64,000 bases of DNA, taken from positions 672,001-736,000 of the forward strand of contig CBDDDZ010000005.1 of the NCBI GenBank assembly GCA_965226795.1, given 5' to 3'. Of this stretch, positions 50,109 through 59,252 are shown piece after piece. The position numbers and the translations under genes are program-made. The DNA is from Candidatus Latescibacterota bacterium. GTDB lineage: Bacteria; Latescibacterota; UBA2968; GCA-2709665. Under the pieces are notes generated by a model. That model was not told where the DNA came from. It did no database searches and was given only the letters and a program-made list of their open reading frames with translations. Position 1 is the first letter of the stretch; every line of letters starts with the position of its first letter.

Positions 50109-50246
50109 TGGTGGCTGAATCTTTAGGATTCAACCTCTAAAAGTGCCTTGAATCTACGTAAGGGTGACCCAACCGGAAGTTATTCCACAGGTTACTGTGG
50201 AACTTCGTCAATAATTTTCGGCGCCTGGTAGGTTAGGCGCTTTTTT
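50109..50246 (+). ncRNA. Unidentified structured RNA candidate (sRNA or leader), about 140 nt
   Basis: Lies between a promoter and an intrinsic terminator (ggcgcctgg-tagg-ttaggcgc-T6, 50220-50246); internal hairpins include ttccacag-gtta-ctgtggaa; no sizeable ORF on this strand. Confidence 0.5.
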
Positions 50247-50366
50247 ATTCCTAATAGCGTCGCCGTTCTGCGAGGGGAATGTGCCGTGCGTTTCGAGCTT
50301 GTCGAAGCCTGTGTAGAGGGTGTACAGCAGGCGCGCCCGCGCGTGCGGACTAAGCGGGAGGTCCCC

Positions 50367-51140
50367 ATGCTGGACGTCGAGATTGTAGAGCCTGTGCAAG
50401 TGGAGAAAGCGGCCCGGATCTTTCACCGGGACGGATTTGTCGTGATGCGAAATGCATTAACGGCTGAGCAACTGGCATATGCAAGGTCGGGTGCGGAGCG
50501 CGTGATCGCACAGCAGACGGCGGCCATTCCACTGGAGGATGCGAACCGCGGGTATGCACGCTACTCTTTCGGCCCTCAACTCCACCATCCGGAGTGGGTG
50601 CAACTGATCGATTTGAAAACGGTTTTGCCGGTTCTGGAAGCAATCTGGCAGAGCAGTGGCTTCTATTGCTGGGGCGGTGGGGGAGACTACTCGCTGCCGG
50701 GAGCGGAGATTCAGAAATTGCACGCGGATACCGGGGACATGCTCCGTGATCCGCAGGGACGTGTGACCGTTATGGATCTGCCCACGCCGATAATCGTGGT
50801 TAATTTCCCGATGGTGGATTTTTCAGAAGTCAATGGCGCCACCCGGTTTGTGCCCGGTACGCACCGTTGCCGGCATCCGGTGCCCCCCCTGGAAGAGGAA
50901 CCTGAATGGATGAAACGGTCTATCGTCTGTGGACCGGCCGGAGGGGCGGTGATTCGCGACATACGCTGCTGGCACGGAGGCACGGCCAACCGGTCGGATG
51001 AGATCCGCCCGATGACCAGCGTGGGTTATGCGGCGCCCTGGTTTCTGCGGTTCAGAAAGGACAATCTTCTGCCCCGGGCCGTGTACGATGCCCTGTCGGA
51101 GCGGGCCATGCAACTGACGCGATTCATCGTGGAAGTCTGA
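50367..51140 (+). CDS. Phytanoyl-CoA dioxygenase (PhyH)-family Fe(II)/2OG dioxygenase
   Basis: FHRDGFVV, QKLHAD, NGATRFVPGTH, WHGGTANRS..RP; ATG 50367 after GGAGG. Confidence 0.9.
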   Translation: MLDVEIVEPVQVEKAARIFHRDGFVVMRNALTAEQLAYARSGAERVIAQQTAAIPLEDANRGYARYSFGPQLHHPEWVQLIDLKTVLPVLEAIWQSSGFYCWGGGGDYSLPGAEIQKLHADTGDMLRDPQGRVTVMDLPTPIIVVNFPMVDFSEVNGATRFVPGTHRCRHPVPPLEEEPEWMKRSIVCGPAGGAVIRDIRCWHGGTANRSDEIRPMTSVGYAAPWFLRFRKDNLLPRAVYDALSERAMQLTRFIVEV

Positions 51141-51257
51141 GTAGGGACAATAGCGACATGGCATGGGGATGAATGGGGCGGCAGGGCGCTGAAAAACAGT
51201 TGTTTCCGGATTGCGGCTGGATCCGGATCAAGTCAATTCGGAGTGAGCCGTCGTAGT

Positions 51258-51289
51258 GGGGCGCAACCTGTGGTTGCGCCCTTTTTTTT
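51258..51289 (+). terminator. Intrinsic terminator
   Basis: gggcgcaacc-tgt-ggttgcgccc followed by T8. Confidence 0.8.
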
Positions 51290-51292
51290 GCA

Positions 51293-52312
51293 TCAGAGTT
51301 CAAATCCGATTTCTTGCAGTGTCACCTGTTCTCCGGCATTGTGCGCTTTGCAGGCTGCGGTGGAAACCGCGACGCTTTCCAGGATTTCAGGGTAGGGAAT
51401 CGGAGGCTGGCGGGTTTCCACCAGCTTCCTGATCAGTTTGATGTTCTCGTAGGCGCCGCAGGGAAAGACATAGTCGCCGAGCGGCGCCGAATGTATATCG
51501 CCCACGTTGCCAAAGGCGCTGGCGTAGAAGGCGCAGTGGTAGGTTTCTCCCGTGTCGCAGCTGAGCAATGCGCCGCATCGGGGAAAGCGGGGTCCGTCCG
51601 GGTAGATGAGGTGCATGAAGCCGCCCGTGTTTTTCCCCATGGATTCTACGGCCCGCACCCCGGGACCAAACAGGTTCTGAGCCAGGCAGATGGCGTGGAT
51701 CTGACCGGCCATGGAGGGACCTCCCCCACGGATGGAGACGAATTCCAGGTTGCCCACTTCCGGAAAGCGGGCGGCGAATTGCCTGGCCTGGGGGAGGGTG
51801 TTCAGGATGGACCGCGATAGCAACGGGGCGTTGTGTTTTTGCGCCAGGCTGACGATAGCGTTCGCATTTTCCAGGCTGTTCGCGAGCGGTTTGTCGATAA
51901 AGGTGGGTACGCCTTTTTCGAGGCCTGGCCTGGCCAGTTCGAGATGGTCGGCCCCATCGTAATTGCAGTCTGCCACAAGAACAAGGTCCACGTCGTCCGA
52001 GACTTCGTGAAAATGGTCGCATACCCGCGGCCTGGAGGTGAAGACCTGCGCGAAGATATCGCCGACACCGGGATGTTCGTCCCACACGCGAGCGATTTCG
52101 AATTCGTGCAGGCAGGGAACGGTCATGCGGGTGGGGTCGCTGTAGAACGTATAAAAATAGAAGTGGGCCCCGCCGCTCATCCATGTGTACGGTGCGCCAG
52201 CGCTGTTTACCATGGGTTTCTGCAGGCGCAGGGGTGCGTGTTCGGCCATCAGTGCGCCATAATACATACCGTGCATGTCACAGCGGATCAGACCGACTCG
52301 GATTTTCTTCAT
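51293..52312 (-). CDS. Gfo/Idh/MocA-family oxidoreductase
   Basis: IRVGLI, DVDLVLVAD, H.ELARPGLEKGVPTFIDKPLA; ATG 52312 after AGGAG. Confidence 0.8.
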   Translation of the reverse strand: MKKIRVGLIRCDMHGMYYGALMAEHAPLRLQKPMVNSAGAPYTWMSGGAHFYFYTFYSDPTRMTVPCLHEFEIARVWDEHPGVGDIFAQVFTSRPRVCDHFHEVSDDVDLVLVADCNYDGADHLELARPGLEKGVPTFIDKPLANSLENANAIVSLAQKHNAPLLSRSILNTLPQARQFAARFPEVGNLEFVSIRGGGPSMAGQIHAICLAQNLFGPGVRAVESMGKNTGGFMHLIYPDGPRFPRCGALLSCDTGETYHCAFYASAFGNVGDIHSAPLGDYVFPCGAYENIKLIRKLVETRQPPIPYPEILESVAVSTAACKAHNAGEQVTLQEIGFEL

Positions 52313-52421
52313 GGTATGTCTCCTCAAAACATCTGCACGATTACGCTCGACGATGAATGCAGGCACCTTCCCGCGGCTGCGAAAAGTACGAAAAAAATAG
52401 ACCAAAACAAGAAGTTTCTTC

Positions 52422-52450
52422 TTGAATACTGAACAAATGTTCAGTATATT
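52422..52450 (+). promoter_or_regulatory. Promoter with an embedded 22-bp palindromic operator (LexA/SOS-box-like)
   Basis: TTGAAT, 17 nt spacer, TATATT; ATACTGAACA-AA-TGTTCAGTAT at 52426-52447. Confidence 0.7.
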
Positions 52451-52537
52451 GTGGAGTACTGGAGAACACTACATTTTTCCATGGCGTGTCATTTTTTCGC
52501 AAAAGGTCGGGTTACTTCAGTTCACGGAGGTTAGTTC

Positions 52538-53392
52538 ATGTCTGCTGAAACGTCTGGAGGTCGTCCCACGGTTGAAGACAGGTCGCTGGAATATTATTAC
52601 AGAGAGGTCGATCGACACCCACGGATCGATTCGGACGAAGAAAGGGTTCTTGCAGCAAGAATTGAAGCGGGGGACGGCGAGGCGCTCGAGGCGCTTGTAA
52701 ATGCCAACCTTCGTTTTGTCATTCATATTGCCAGGGGGTTCCGAAATCAGGGTCTGCCGATGGGAGATCTCGTCAACGAGGGCAATTGCGGGTTGTTGAC
52801 CGCTGCTTGCAAGTTTGATCGGCGCAAGGGTTGCAGGTTCATTACGTACGCAGTCTGGTGGATCCGGCAGCACATACTCAAGGCGCTTGACGTTCAAACC
52901 CGTACTGTCCGCTTGCCCGCCAGTGTCATAAACGATCTCGGCCGCCTGCGCAAGACTGAAGACCGTCTTGTGCAACACCTGGCACGCAATCCCGTGCAGG
53001 AGGAAATCGTCGCGCAGTCCGGTTTGCCGGTGAAGAGGCTGAAACGGTGCCTGGATGCGGGCGCAAACGCCATTTCGCTGGACACGATCGGTGCCGAAGG
53101 CAGCCTCAGTCTTGCGGAAACACTGCCAGACCGGCACGCCCCACCGCCGGACGAGATTTTCGATGACCGGTGCAGAAACCGCGCCGTAAAGGAATCGCTG
53201 GACGGGCTTTCCGAACGGCACCGTAAGATCCTTGCGCTTTATTTCGGGATGCACGGAGACGAACCGGCGACGTACCAGGAGATTGGCCGCCGGCTGGGTA
53301 TCAGCCGGGAACGGGTGAGGCAGTTGAAAGAGGATGCATTCGGTAGGTTGCGGCAGCCTTCGGTACGGAAACGTCTGGAGGCGTATCTATAG
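52538..53392 (+). CDS. RpoD/SigA-family sigma-70 factor, short form without region 1.1
   Basis: LVNANLRFV, DLVNEGNCGL, FITYAVWWIRQ, RTVRLP, EIGRRLGISRERVRQ. Confidence 0.93.
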   Translation: MSAETSGGRPTVEDRSLEYYYREVDRHPRIDSDEERVLAARIEAGDGEALEALVNANLRFVIHIARGFRNQGLPMGDLVNEGNCGLLTAACKFDRRKGCRFITYAVWWIRQHILKALDVQTRTVRLPASVINDLGRLRKTEDRLVQHLARNPVQEEIVAQSGLPVKRLKRCLDAGANAISLDTIGAEGSLSLAETLPDRHAPPPDEIFDDRCRNRAVKESLDGLSERHRKILALYFGMHGDEPATYQEIGRRLGISRERVRQLKEDAFGRLRQPSVRKRLEAYL

Positions 53393-53443
53393 AGCGGTAT
53401 CGAGGGTGGTCTCGGGTCAGGAATAGCGGATCGACGTCCATAT

Positions 53444-53482
53444 GACCGGGTCGCGGAAGCGTTGCGGCCCGGTCTTTTTTTT
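53444..53482 (+). terminator. Intrinsic terminator after the sigma factor
   Basis: gaccgggtcgc...gcggcccggtc followed by T8. Confidence 0.8.
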
Positions 53483-53542
53483 GACGTATGAATTCACGGA
53501 AAAACCCACCGGTTCCGTACGTCAGCGCTGGTTTCCGGACGT

Positions 53543-54409
53543 TTGCTCTTGACGAATCTCGGGAAATGCTTCAACTTATATTCATTCGCACCGCTTTTCA
53601 CATTTTCACGAGGCCGTCTGCCTGTGTTGGTCATTGTTTTTGCGATTCTCGGCGCCCTGGTCTTGATATGGGGTGGGATTCTTGCGCTGATTCATTGGGT
53701 GAAACCATTGTCGCAAAAGCACCTGCTGGGCTTTGGCGGTTATGTGAGCGTCGTGTCATGCGTGATGGTTTTCCTGGTGATTCAGACGGCACTCCAGCAG
53801 CAGGACGTCGCGATGAAAGATACCCGCGAGCGTTTGGACAAGACGGTCGAGACGTTCCGTGAGAAGCTGAATGAGCAGGGCGCGAAGCTGCTGGACCGAA
53901 CCATGGAAAAGGTGGATCTGACCAAGTCGGAATGGGAAGTGCGGGCAGACTTGCAGGAGGAGCAGTCGCGCCATGCGCGCACAAAAGCGGACTTCCGGGA
54001 CATGCGGATTCGGCTTCGGGACACGCAGGCGGAACTCACAAGAGAAACGAATGCTCACAGCGCCTATGCGGACAGCTTGAATACGGAACGTGCACTGAGG
54101 CGGGATTCTCAGACGCGTCTGGCCCGGGAAGAGGCGGGCCATATGACGACCCTCAAGAATCTCTCCAGTGCGCGCGAAAGCCTCTCGGGCGCCGAGGCGC
54201 GCGCGGATCGGCAGAAAAACGAACTGGCCCTGCTACGCACATCCCTGCAACGCGCGGAGCAGCGGGTTCGGGAATCGCTGAGGAATGCATCTGCGGCACA
54301 GAATGAACTCAGCACGATGCTGGTCCGGCAGCTTGAGGATGTGAACACCCTGCAGGCTGCCGTGGACTCCATCTACGTTAAGGTGATGAAGCGCCCGCGG
54401 AATCCGTAA
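53543..54409 (+). CDS. Hypothetical membrane-anchored coiled-coil protein
   Basis: Two N-terminal hydrophobic helices then about 200 aa of heptad-rich sequence; start uncertain. Confidence 0.65.
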   Translation: MLLTNLGKCFNLYSFAPLFTFSRGRLPVLVIVFAILGALVLIWGGILALIHWVKPLSQKHLLGFGGYVSVVSCVMVFLVIQTALQQQDVAMKDTRERLDKTVETFREKLNEQGAKLLDRTMEKVDLTKSEWEVRADLQEEQSRHARTKADFRDMRIRLRDTQAELTRETNAHSAYADSLNTERALRRDSQTRLAREEAGHMTTLKNLSSARESLSGAEARADRQKNELALLRTSLQRAEQRVRESLRNASAAQNELSTMLVRQLEDVNTLQAAVDSIYVKVMKRPRNP

Positions 54410-54505
54410 CCTGAAACGGGACGGAAAGTTACGCCGCTCCGGGTATCAGCCACACACACCATCGCGGTTCACCCGGCGTGAATCCGCGCACTTCGGAGGC
54501 TGCTC

Positions 54506-55372
54506 GTGAACAAAGAACCCGATTCATCCGGCGAAAAGAAGCGCATCGTTATTGTTGTCGGCTTTCTGGCGGCAATTCTGGTTGTTCTCCTGTTGACGAT
54601 CTGGAAGCCCGGGACGGTTCCGGAAGTCGATCCGCAGGTTGTGCAACTGGAAAGCGATATCGCGCTCTATACGGGCCAGATCGATTCGCTGAATGCGTTG
54701 GTGGATGAAATGGATTCCCGTATCAATGGGATGCGCGCCCATGTCGATAGCGCAAAAGTGTCCAACCGGAAGCTCCTGACTTCGCTTCACAGAGTCACGA
54801 GCGAAATGAGGGAGTATCAGGCGCTATACAGGAAACAAAGGGCGATGAACGAAAAGCTGGTTGCGGAGCTCGTACAGTTGAAGGGTGAGAAGGATGTGGC
54901 AACCGCTGCGGTCCGGGAGTTGAAGATGGAGGTCGACACGCTGAACAAATTGCTGCACGACAAGACGACCCGCCTGATCAGGCTGGAATCCAGTTTCAAG
55001 GAGGCTGTCGAGCAGGTGCAGACCATGCAGGAAGCCGCAACTTCCGTGCTGGTCTATATCGGTACGGAAGATGACCTGAAAAAGGCAGGGTTCCTGAAGA
55101 CGTCGCGGGGGCTTACAATCAGGAAGAATTACAAACTGGTCGGCTTTCCCGACGTTACCGACGAGCAGGGCCTGGATATGATCAAGAGGGTGCCTGTTGG
55201 AGAAACGATCTCGGTTCCGGGCGAACTGGCGGTTCTTTGCGACAGGCACGGCAAACTGAGCAAACGGAATGAATACCGCGCCAGTAAGGGGCCCGAGGGG
55301 CAGACCATGGTCACATTCTGGGATTCAACGTTGATGGGCCAGCGCGTGCTTGCGGTGATCAAGGAGAAATAA
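54506..55372 (+). CDS. Hypothetical single-TM coiled-coil protein with a C-terminal globular domain
   Basis: KKRIVIVVGFLAAILVVLLLTIW anchor, long coiled coil, then VYIGTEDDLKKAG; SD GGAGG. Confidence 0.75.
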   Translation: MNKEPDSSGEKKRIVIVVGFLAAILVVLLLTIWKPGTVPEVDPQVVQLESDIALYTGQIDSLNALVDEMDSRINGMRAHVDSAKVSNRKLLTSLHRVTSEMREYQALYRKQRAMNEKLVAELVQLKGEKDVATAAVRELKMEVDTLNKLLHDKTTRLIRLESSFKEAVEQVQTMQEAATSVLVYIGTEDDLKKAGFLKTSRGLTIRKNYKLVGFPDVTDEQGLDMIKRVPVGETISVPGELAVLCDRHGKLSKRNEYRASKGPEGQTMVTFWDSTLMGQRVLAVIKEK

Positions 55373-55395
55373 GCGAGGGATCCGCAGCATCTTCC

Positions 55396-55430
55396 AATCC
55401 GGCCGTCCAGTGCGATGGCCGGATTTTTTT
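55396..55430 (+). terminator. Intrinsic terminator
   Basis: aatccggccgtc-cagtgc-gatggccggatt followed by a T run. Confidence 0.75.
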
Positions 55431-55465
55431 GTGTGCGCCCGTGGTCACGTCTGCGAGGCAGCTGA

Positions 55466-55888
55466 CTACCACATATGTACGAACACCGCGGGCCGGATTT
55501 TTCTGCCCGTCGGGGACGTGGAGAGCAGCGAGTCGGCGTAGGCCGCGTGGCTGACCATATAGTCCCGGCTGCCGCCGCGGAGGAAGAGGTGGAGGTTACG
55601 TTCGGGGTGTGCGATTAGCCCGGCGGTGAGGCGCTCAAACTCCCCCGGCCGGAGCAGGCGTTCGACGGATTTTCCGTCGCTGGAGAGCCCGGGGCCCTTT
55701 GCCGTGTAGATAAGGACCAGGTCTGCGGACCTTGGGTCGTGGTGGTGTACCCGCCAGACCGGTTGCGCGACGTTGAGGATCATAATGCCCAGGGTAAGCA
55801 TGAGCATCATGATTCCCAGGAACAGTTCCTTGCTGACGTCGTGTTCTTCCGCCTGCGTGGCGGCGCGCTGTAAAAATCGGCCCCTCAC
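55466..55888 (-). CDS. Small single-TM protein, possible ExbD/TolR-like partner
   Basis: GTGA overlap with the upstream gene; EEHDVSKELFLGIMMLMLTLGIMILNV TM helix then a short alpha/beta domain. Confidence 0.55.
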   Translation of the reverse strand: MRGRFLQRAATQAEEHDVSKELFLGIMMLMLTLGIMILNVAQPVWRVHHHDPRSADLVLIYTAKGPGLSSDGKSVERLLRPGEFERLTAGLIAHPERNLHLFLRGGSRDYMVSHAAYADSLLSTSPTGRKIRPAVFVHMW

Positions 55889-56718
55889 CGGATTTCACTC
55901 CCCTGGTCATCTCTCAGAGCCAGCCACGCCCGCTCCAACGCGCCGACCCTCCCGAGTAGAATGTCAATGCACTTTCTTAACGGCAGGTAGGCCAGCAACG
56001 CAACGAGCGTGGTCTTGAACGCAAGGGTCAACCCGTTGGCCATGTCGCGGAGGACCTTGAACGTCTCGGTGGCTTCGTCCAGCCGAGCGAGCTCCTGCGC
56101 CATAAGCAGGATACCGCAAACCGTGCCCAGATAGCCATAAAAGGGAATACGGCTCAGGGCGCGATGGCCGAGGAGCAGTCGTTCACCAATAACGCCGATC
56201 AGGTCTGCGATCAGTTCGTCGTCCCGAACTTTCAGATCCGTGTACGTGTCGGTCGTTTGCTTCAGGTCATTCAGGGCGGCATTGCGCCGTGAAAGCAGGG
56301 TGCCCTGCTGGTGGTGCGCGGGGGAACTCAGGGCTCTTTCTTCGGCCCGGATATGCACCCACATATGGGTGATAAGAGAAAGATGCGCCGCGGATGCCGC
56401 CACGATCAGCGCATACGAAGACCGCCCCACCCACTCAATCCAGCTCTGAGGCGGAGGGACGAAAATGTAGTAGTAAATTCCAAGTGCGGCGATACCGAGG
56501 CCGGCCAGGCCGCCCAGCACGCCGCTCTTCAGATTCGCGTTGTTTGAAGGTAGTCCGTATCGGTTTTCGTCCCGGCAAATTGAAACGATCTCCTGGATCA
56601 GTGTGAGCGCGCCTGCCATTGCGCATGCTGATACGAAAACAGCCGCTATCAGGATTTCAAACCAGGTTAAGTTCTCCACGACCCGCGCTCCCTTCGATAC
56701 ATCAAAGACGTAAACCAT
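55885..56718 (-). CDS. MotA/TolQ/ExbB proton-channel family protein
   Basis: IPFYGYLGTVCGIL and GLTLAFKTTLVAL match the P..G.LGTV.G and G...A..TT..GL helices; start uncertain. Confidence 0.75.
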   Translation of the reverse strand: MVYVFDVSKGARVVENLTWFEILIAAVFVSACAMAGALTLIQEIVSICRDENRYGLPSNNANLKSGVLGGLAGLGIAALGIYYYIFVPPPQSWIEWVGRSSYALIVAASAAHLSLITHMWVHIRAEERALSSPAHHQQGTLLSRRNAALNDLKQTTDTYTDLKVRDDELIADLIGVIGERLLLGHRALSRIPFYGYLGTVCGILLMAQELARLDEATETFKVLRDMANGLTLAFKTTLVALLAYLPLRKCIDILLGRVGALERAWLALRDDQGSEIR

Positions 56719-57949
56719 CCGTACCTTTCGAAACAACGTACCCGATATATGCGGCAATAATGACGGTGGGAACCAGCAACCCCGCGCGCGACCCGCGTCC
56801 GCTGCTCCCCCCGCTTCCTCCTCGTCCACCAGATTCGGTTGCGGCGGATTCTCCTTCTCTGCCACTCTTTCCGGAAACCGATTGTTCACCGGGAGACCGT
56901 TCCTCGGGCGGGCGATAGGCGTCCAGACGGTCGCCGCTTTCCGCGCCGGACGCTGCCGTTCCCGCCGCCGCAATGGCGGCGCCTTCACCCTTCAGGGCGC
57001 GTTTTCTGGGGTAAAGGAGGCGTTTTTCAGTCTCGGCCAGTTTCTCCGCCCACAATTCGACTTCCTTGGCGAAGGTGAGTGACGTCTCTTCATTGAGTGG
57101 TCCCGCCTTGCCCAGCGTGAAGCTGATTTCCGGATTCCGATGTCCTTTGTAAGCGGACCGAAGGACCGGATCCGCGGACTCCCGAAGCTGACGTTCGAGT
57201 CCGGCGCGTGTTTCCTGGAGGGAAATCAGACTCTGCAGAAAGCTGTGGTAGTCCATTCGTTTCTGCCTGGTGCTCGGTGCGCGTGTCCGCGGCGCTTTTG
57301 ACAGGGCCCGCTCGATCTCCCGGCGACTGAAGCGTTTCACGAATTCCGCCTGCCCGTATAACCGGGTGTGCCAGATGACCCTGGCCGTGGGAATGTCCGG
57401 CACGGGATGCGCATAGGTGATCTCGTGGGCCGGACCGTCTGTTGTCTGCCAGGTATCGTCGGAGACCAGAATCGGGTGCATTGCGCCGTTTGCGTACTTC
57501 AGATAGAGACCGAAGAGAAATCCGCTTTCTACGTGGTCCGTGTCCCAGCATCGGGCGCGGATCCGATTTCTGCTTTTCAAATAGACGTGCGGGATTTCGA
57601 TCTCCACCGGTGTGAGGCGGGTTTCGCCGACGAGGAAGTCGTTGAGCCACACCCGGGCCTCGTCATCGGCCCAGAAGATGCAGACAACGGAGGTCCCTTT
57701 CGGAAGACGCAGGACGTCGGCGGATTCGGGAAGGCGTCTGTCGTCGACGGCGCCGGGGTCTGCTGCTCTCATCACGCGAACCAGGCTGTCGATCCGTGCC
57801 GAGACCGCGTTATATTCCTGGCGAATGGAAATCAGGCTGCGATCCGCCGAGGAGGACCCGGCTGCCTCGGCGCCGGGGACTTCGGATAACGCCCAAGGCA
57901 ATACGGCCAGCGCGAGCGCGGTCAGCCATCGGTTTCGCGACGGGTGCAT
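56702..57949 (-). CDS. Exported hypothetical protein with a beta-sandwich-like domain and C-terminal TM anchor
   Basis: Signal peptide, WADDEARVWLND, ILVSDDTW, Gly/Ser linker, LLVPTVIIAAYIGYVVSK. Confidence 0.65.
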   Translation of the reverse strand: MHPSRNRWLTALALAVLPWALSEVPGAEAAGSSSADRSLISIRQEYNAVSARIDSLVRVMRAADPGAVDDRRLPESADVLRLPKGTSVVCIFWADDEARVWLNDFLVGETRLTPVEIEIPHVYLKSRNRIRARCWDTDHVESGFLFGLYLKYANGAMHPILVSDDTWQTTDGPAHEITYAHPVPDIPTARVIWHTRLYGQAEFVKRFSRREIERALSKAPRTRAPSTRQKRMDYHSFLQSLISLQETRAGLERQLRESADPVLRSAYKGHRNPEISFTLGKAGPLNEETSLTFAKEVELWAEKLAETEKRLLYPRKRALKGEGAAIAAAGTAASGAESGDRLDAYRPPEERSPGEQSVSGKSGREGESAATESGGRGGSGGSSGRGSRAGLLVPTVIIAAYIGYVVSKGTDGLRL

Positions 57950-58000
57950 GGGGGATGTCTCCAGCGTGTCGGGAGCCCAGTCACGAGCGGCCACCCGATC

Positions 58001-59125
58001 CTAGTAATCAACGAAAGATCCATCTTCTTCGGAGCGCCACATACCGCGGAAGCGAAAGCGTTCGTCTCGCATCGCATCGAGGGCGTCGTCGTCAATGTCG
58101 AATCCGAGGCCGGGCCCGGTAGGCAGGTCGATGAAGCCGTCTTTGAAGGTGAGAGGCGGCAGAAGAAGACCGTCGCCGCGGACAGTGCCGCCTTCGCAGA
58201 TCAGGAAATTCGGGACCGTGGCCATGGTATGGATCGACGCGACAACGCCAATGGGTCCGGCAGCGTTGTGCGGCGCCAGGGCAATATCCCGGATTTCAGC
58301 CAGTGTGGCGATTTTTTTCATTTCCGAGATGCCTCCCACGTGCCGGATATCCGGCTGCAGAATGGCGCAGGCCTGTTTTTCCACAATCGCCCAGAAACTC
58401 CAGCGGGTGAGGTGGCGTTCACCGGTTGCGATGGGCGTGGGGGTTGAACGGGAAAGGGTGAGCAGGGCGTCGTTGTTTTCGGGATGGCAGGGCTCTTCCG
58501 CAAAAAGCAGATTGTAGGGTTCAAGCGCTTTGACGGTAATGATGGCCATCCGGGGGCTGAGGCGGCGGTGCAGATCCACTGCAATGTCGACGCCGTCACC
58601 CACGGCTTCCCGGACAGCGGCCACACGGGAAACCATTTCGTCTACCGTTTTTGCCGTATCCACAAATCGGACGGGTTTGACGGATACGCCCATCTTGATG
58701 GCCGTGAACCCGTCGGCGACCCGCTCTCGGGCCTGTTCCGCACAGGATTCCGGCGTATTCCCTCCGGCGTGGGCGTAGACACGCACCCGGTCTCGAACCG
58801 AGCCCCCCAGAAGTCGCCAGACGGGCACGTTCAGAACTTTGCCCATGATGTCCCACATGGCCATGTCCACTCCGCTGAGCGCGCCAATAATGATGGGCAT
58901 GCTGCGACTGTAAGTGGAGCGGAAAAAGGTCTGCCAGTGGTCTTCGATCTGGAGCGGGTCCTTGCCGATGAGGTATTCGGCCAGGTCGTCTATGGCGCGC
59001 GCGACGATCCGCCAGTGCGTATAGTCCAGGGGCTCGCCATAGCCTACGATGCCCTCGTCGGTGTGCATTTTCAGCACGAGGAACCGCTGCCCGACGGGGA
59101 TGGTTTCGAGGCGGGTGATCTTCAT
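58001..59125 (-). CDS. dgoD: Galactonate dehydratase-like enolase-superfamily enzyme
   Basis: TDEGIVGYGE, MAMWDIMGK, VDLHRR, AEEP, ATGER, QPD, APHN, PTGPGLG; substrate not certain. Confidence 0.75.
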   Translation of the reverse strand: MKITRLETIPVGQRFLVLKMHTDEGIVGYGEPLDYTHWRIVARAIDDLAEYLIGKDPLQIEDHWQTFFRSTYSRSMPIIIGALSGVDMAMWDIMGKVLNVPVWRLLGGSVRDRVRVYAHAGGNTPESCAEQARERVADGFTAIKMGVSVKPVRFVDTAKTVDEMVSRVAAVREAVGDGVDIAVDLHRRLSPRMAIITVKALEPYNLLFAEEPCHPENNDALLTLSRSTPTPIATGERHLTRWSFWAIVEKQACAILQPDIRHVGGISEMKKIATLAEIRDIALAPHNAAGPIGVVASIHTMATVPNFLICEGGTVRGDGLLLPPLTFKDGFIDLPTGPGLGFDIDDDALDAMRDERFRFRGMWRSEEDGSFVDY

Positions 59126-59252
59126 CGGGGTTGACCCTCAACGGAAAATCCGACGACCCGGTGTTCACGGATTGTCGGGCGTGTGCGTCCGTTATCGAGC
59201 CCTGGGCAAGCGATTCTCCCAACCGCGGGTGCCGCGCGGGGACCCGCGGTGG

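Noticed and set aside
50109..50135. Resemblance of ggctgaatctttaggattcaac to the tmRNA 5' end
   Set aside because: No tag reading frame, T-arm or CCA end, and the element is far too short.
50180..50202. DnaA boxes / oriC
   Set aside because: TTATTCCACA is only a near match, with no box cluster, unwinding element or dnaA/dnaN nearby; better explained as an RNA hairpin.
55466..56718. Zorya (ZorAB) anti-phage system
   Set aside because: The partner lacks an OmpA-like domain, the MotA-like protein has no long cytoplasmic tail, and no ZorC/D/E genes are present.
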